From Nitrosopumilaceae archaeon (GTDB lineage Archaea > Thermoproteota > Nitrososphaeria > Nitrososphaerales > Nitrosopumilaceae), in assembly GCA_965207375.1 (NCBI GenBank), contig CBDBMG010000002.1:480001-544000 (forward strand): a DNA stretch of 64,000 nucleotides. The letters are read 5' to 3'. The notes under the pieces are model-generated. The model was given only the letters and a program-made list of their open reading frames with translations. It searched no databases and had not been told where the DNA came from. Both the position numbers and the translations under genes were made by a program. The first letter of the stretch is position 1. Every line of letters begins with the position of its first letter. Below are positions 63,938 to 64,000 of this stretch, one piece after another.

Positions 63938-64000
63938 CTCTGGACTTGTCACCGATGGGTATACTGTTAGCAGAAAATCTGTTACCTGCTCTGAGTGTAT

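Larger units (their letters stand above)
59639..64000 (+). pseudogene. Mutator (MULE) transposase with two N-terminal C2H2 fingers; many short introns; runs off the window
   Basis: CSECGKGYSRNCRLQKHLEKEH, CPMC...H; YYVCC, TAHTNH; VCIDATNGTN, GYPLAWCIS, LMTDD, LLCHWHVDR, TNMYLESFH; frameshifts and MITE insertions. Confidence 0.85.

Overview
AT-rich eukaryotic DNA with many short GT-AG introns, TAGCTA/TACGTA-rich low-complexity tracts and microsatellites. The style suggests an invertebrate animal, possibly a demosponge (inference only). The window is dominated by transposable elements. There are four intron-containing DDE transposase genes, all with lesions: (1) a Mutator/MULE transposase with a SWIM finger and a C-terminal CXXC zinc finger (26.4-31.3 kb); (2) an integrase-core IS3EU-like transposase joined to HECT-ligase-like fragments (41.2-43.1 kb); (3) a Zisupton/KDZ-like transposase fused to an OTU protease and a Cys-rich CXC tail (51-54 kb), lying head-to-head with a spliced DUF927/Cch-like P-loop helicase gene (46.3-50.6 kb); (4) a C2H2-MULE transposase (59.6 kb to the window end). 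There are also many MITEs (several with readable TSDs), HINE/DINE-like elements, a CR1/L2 LINE fragment, a cluster of tRNA-Thr-derived copies, long palindromes and minisatellites. Host-type genes are an Ig/FN3 single-pass receptor with Tyr motifs, a fibrinogen-domain pseudogene and a low-complexity coiled-coil gene. The best novelty candidates are the helicase + Zisupton-OTU pair and the CXXC-bearing MULE. Coordinates and motif calls were read by eye; no database searches were run.
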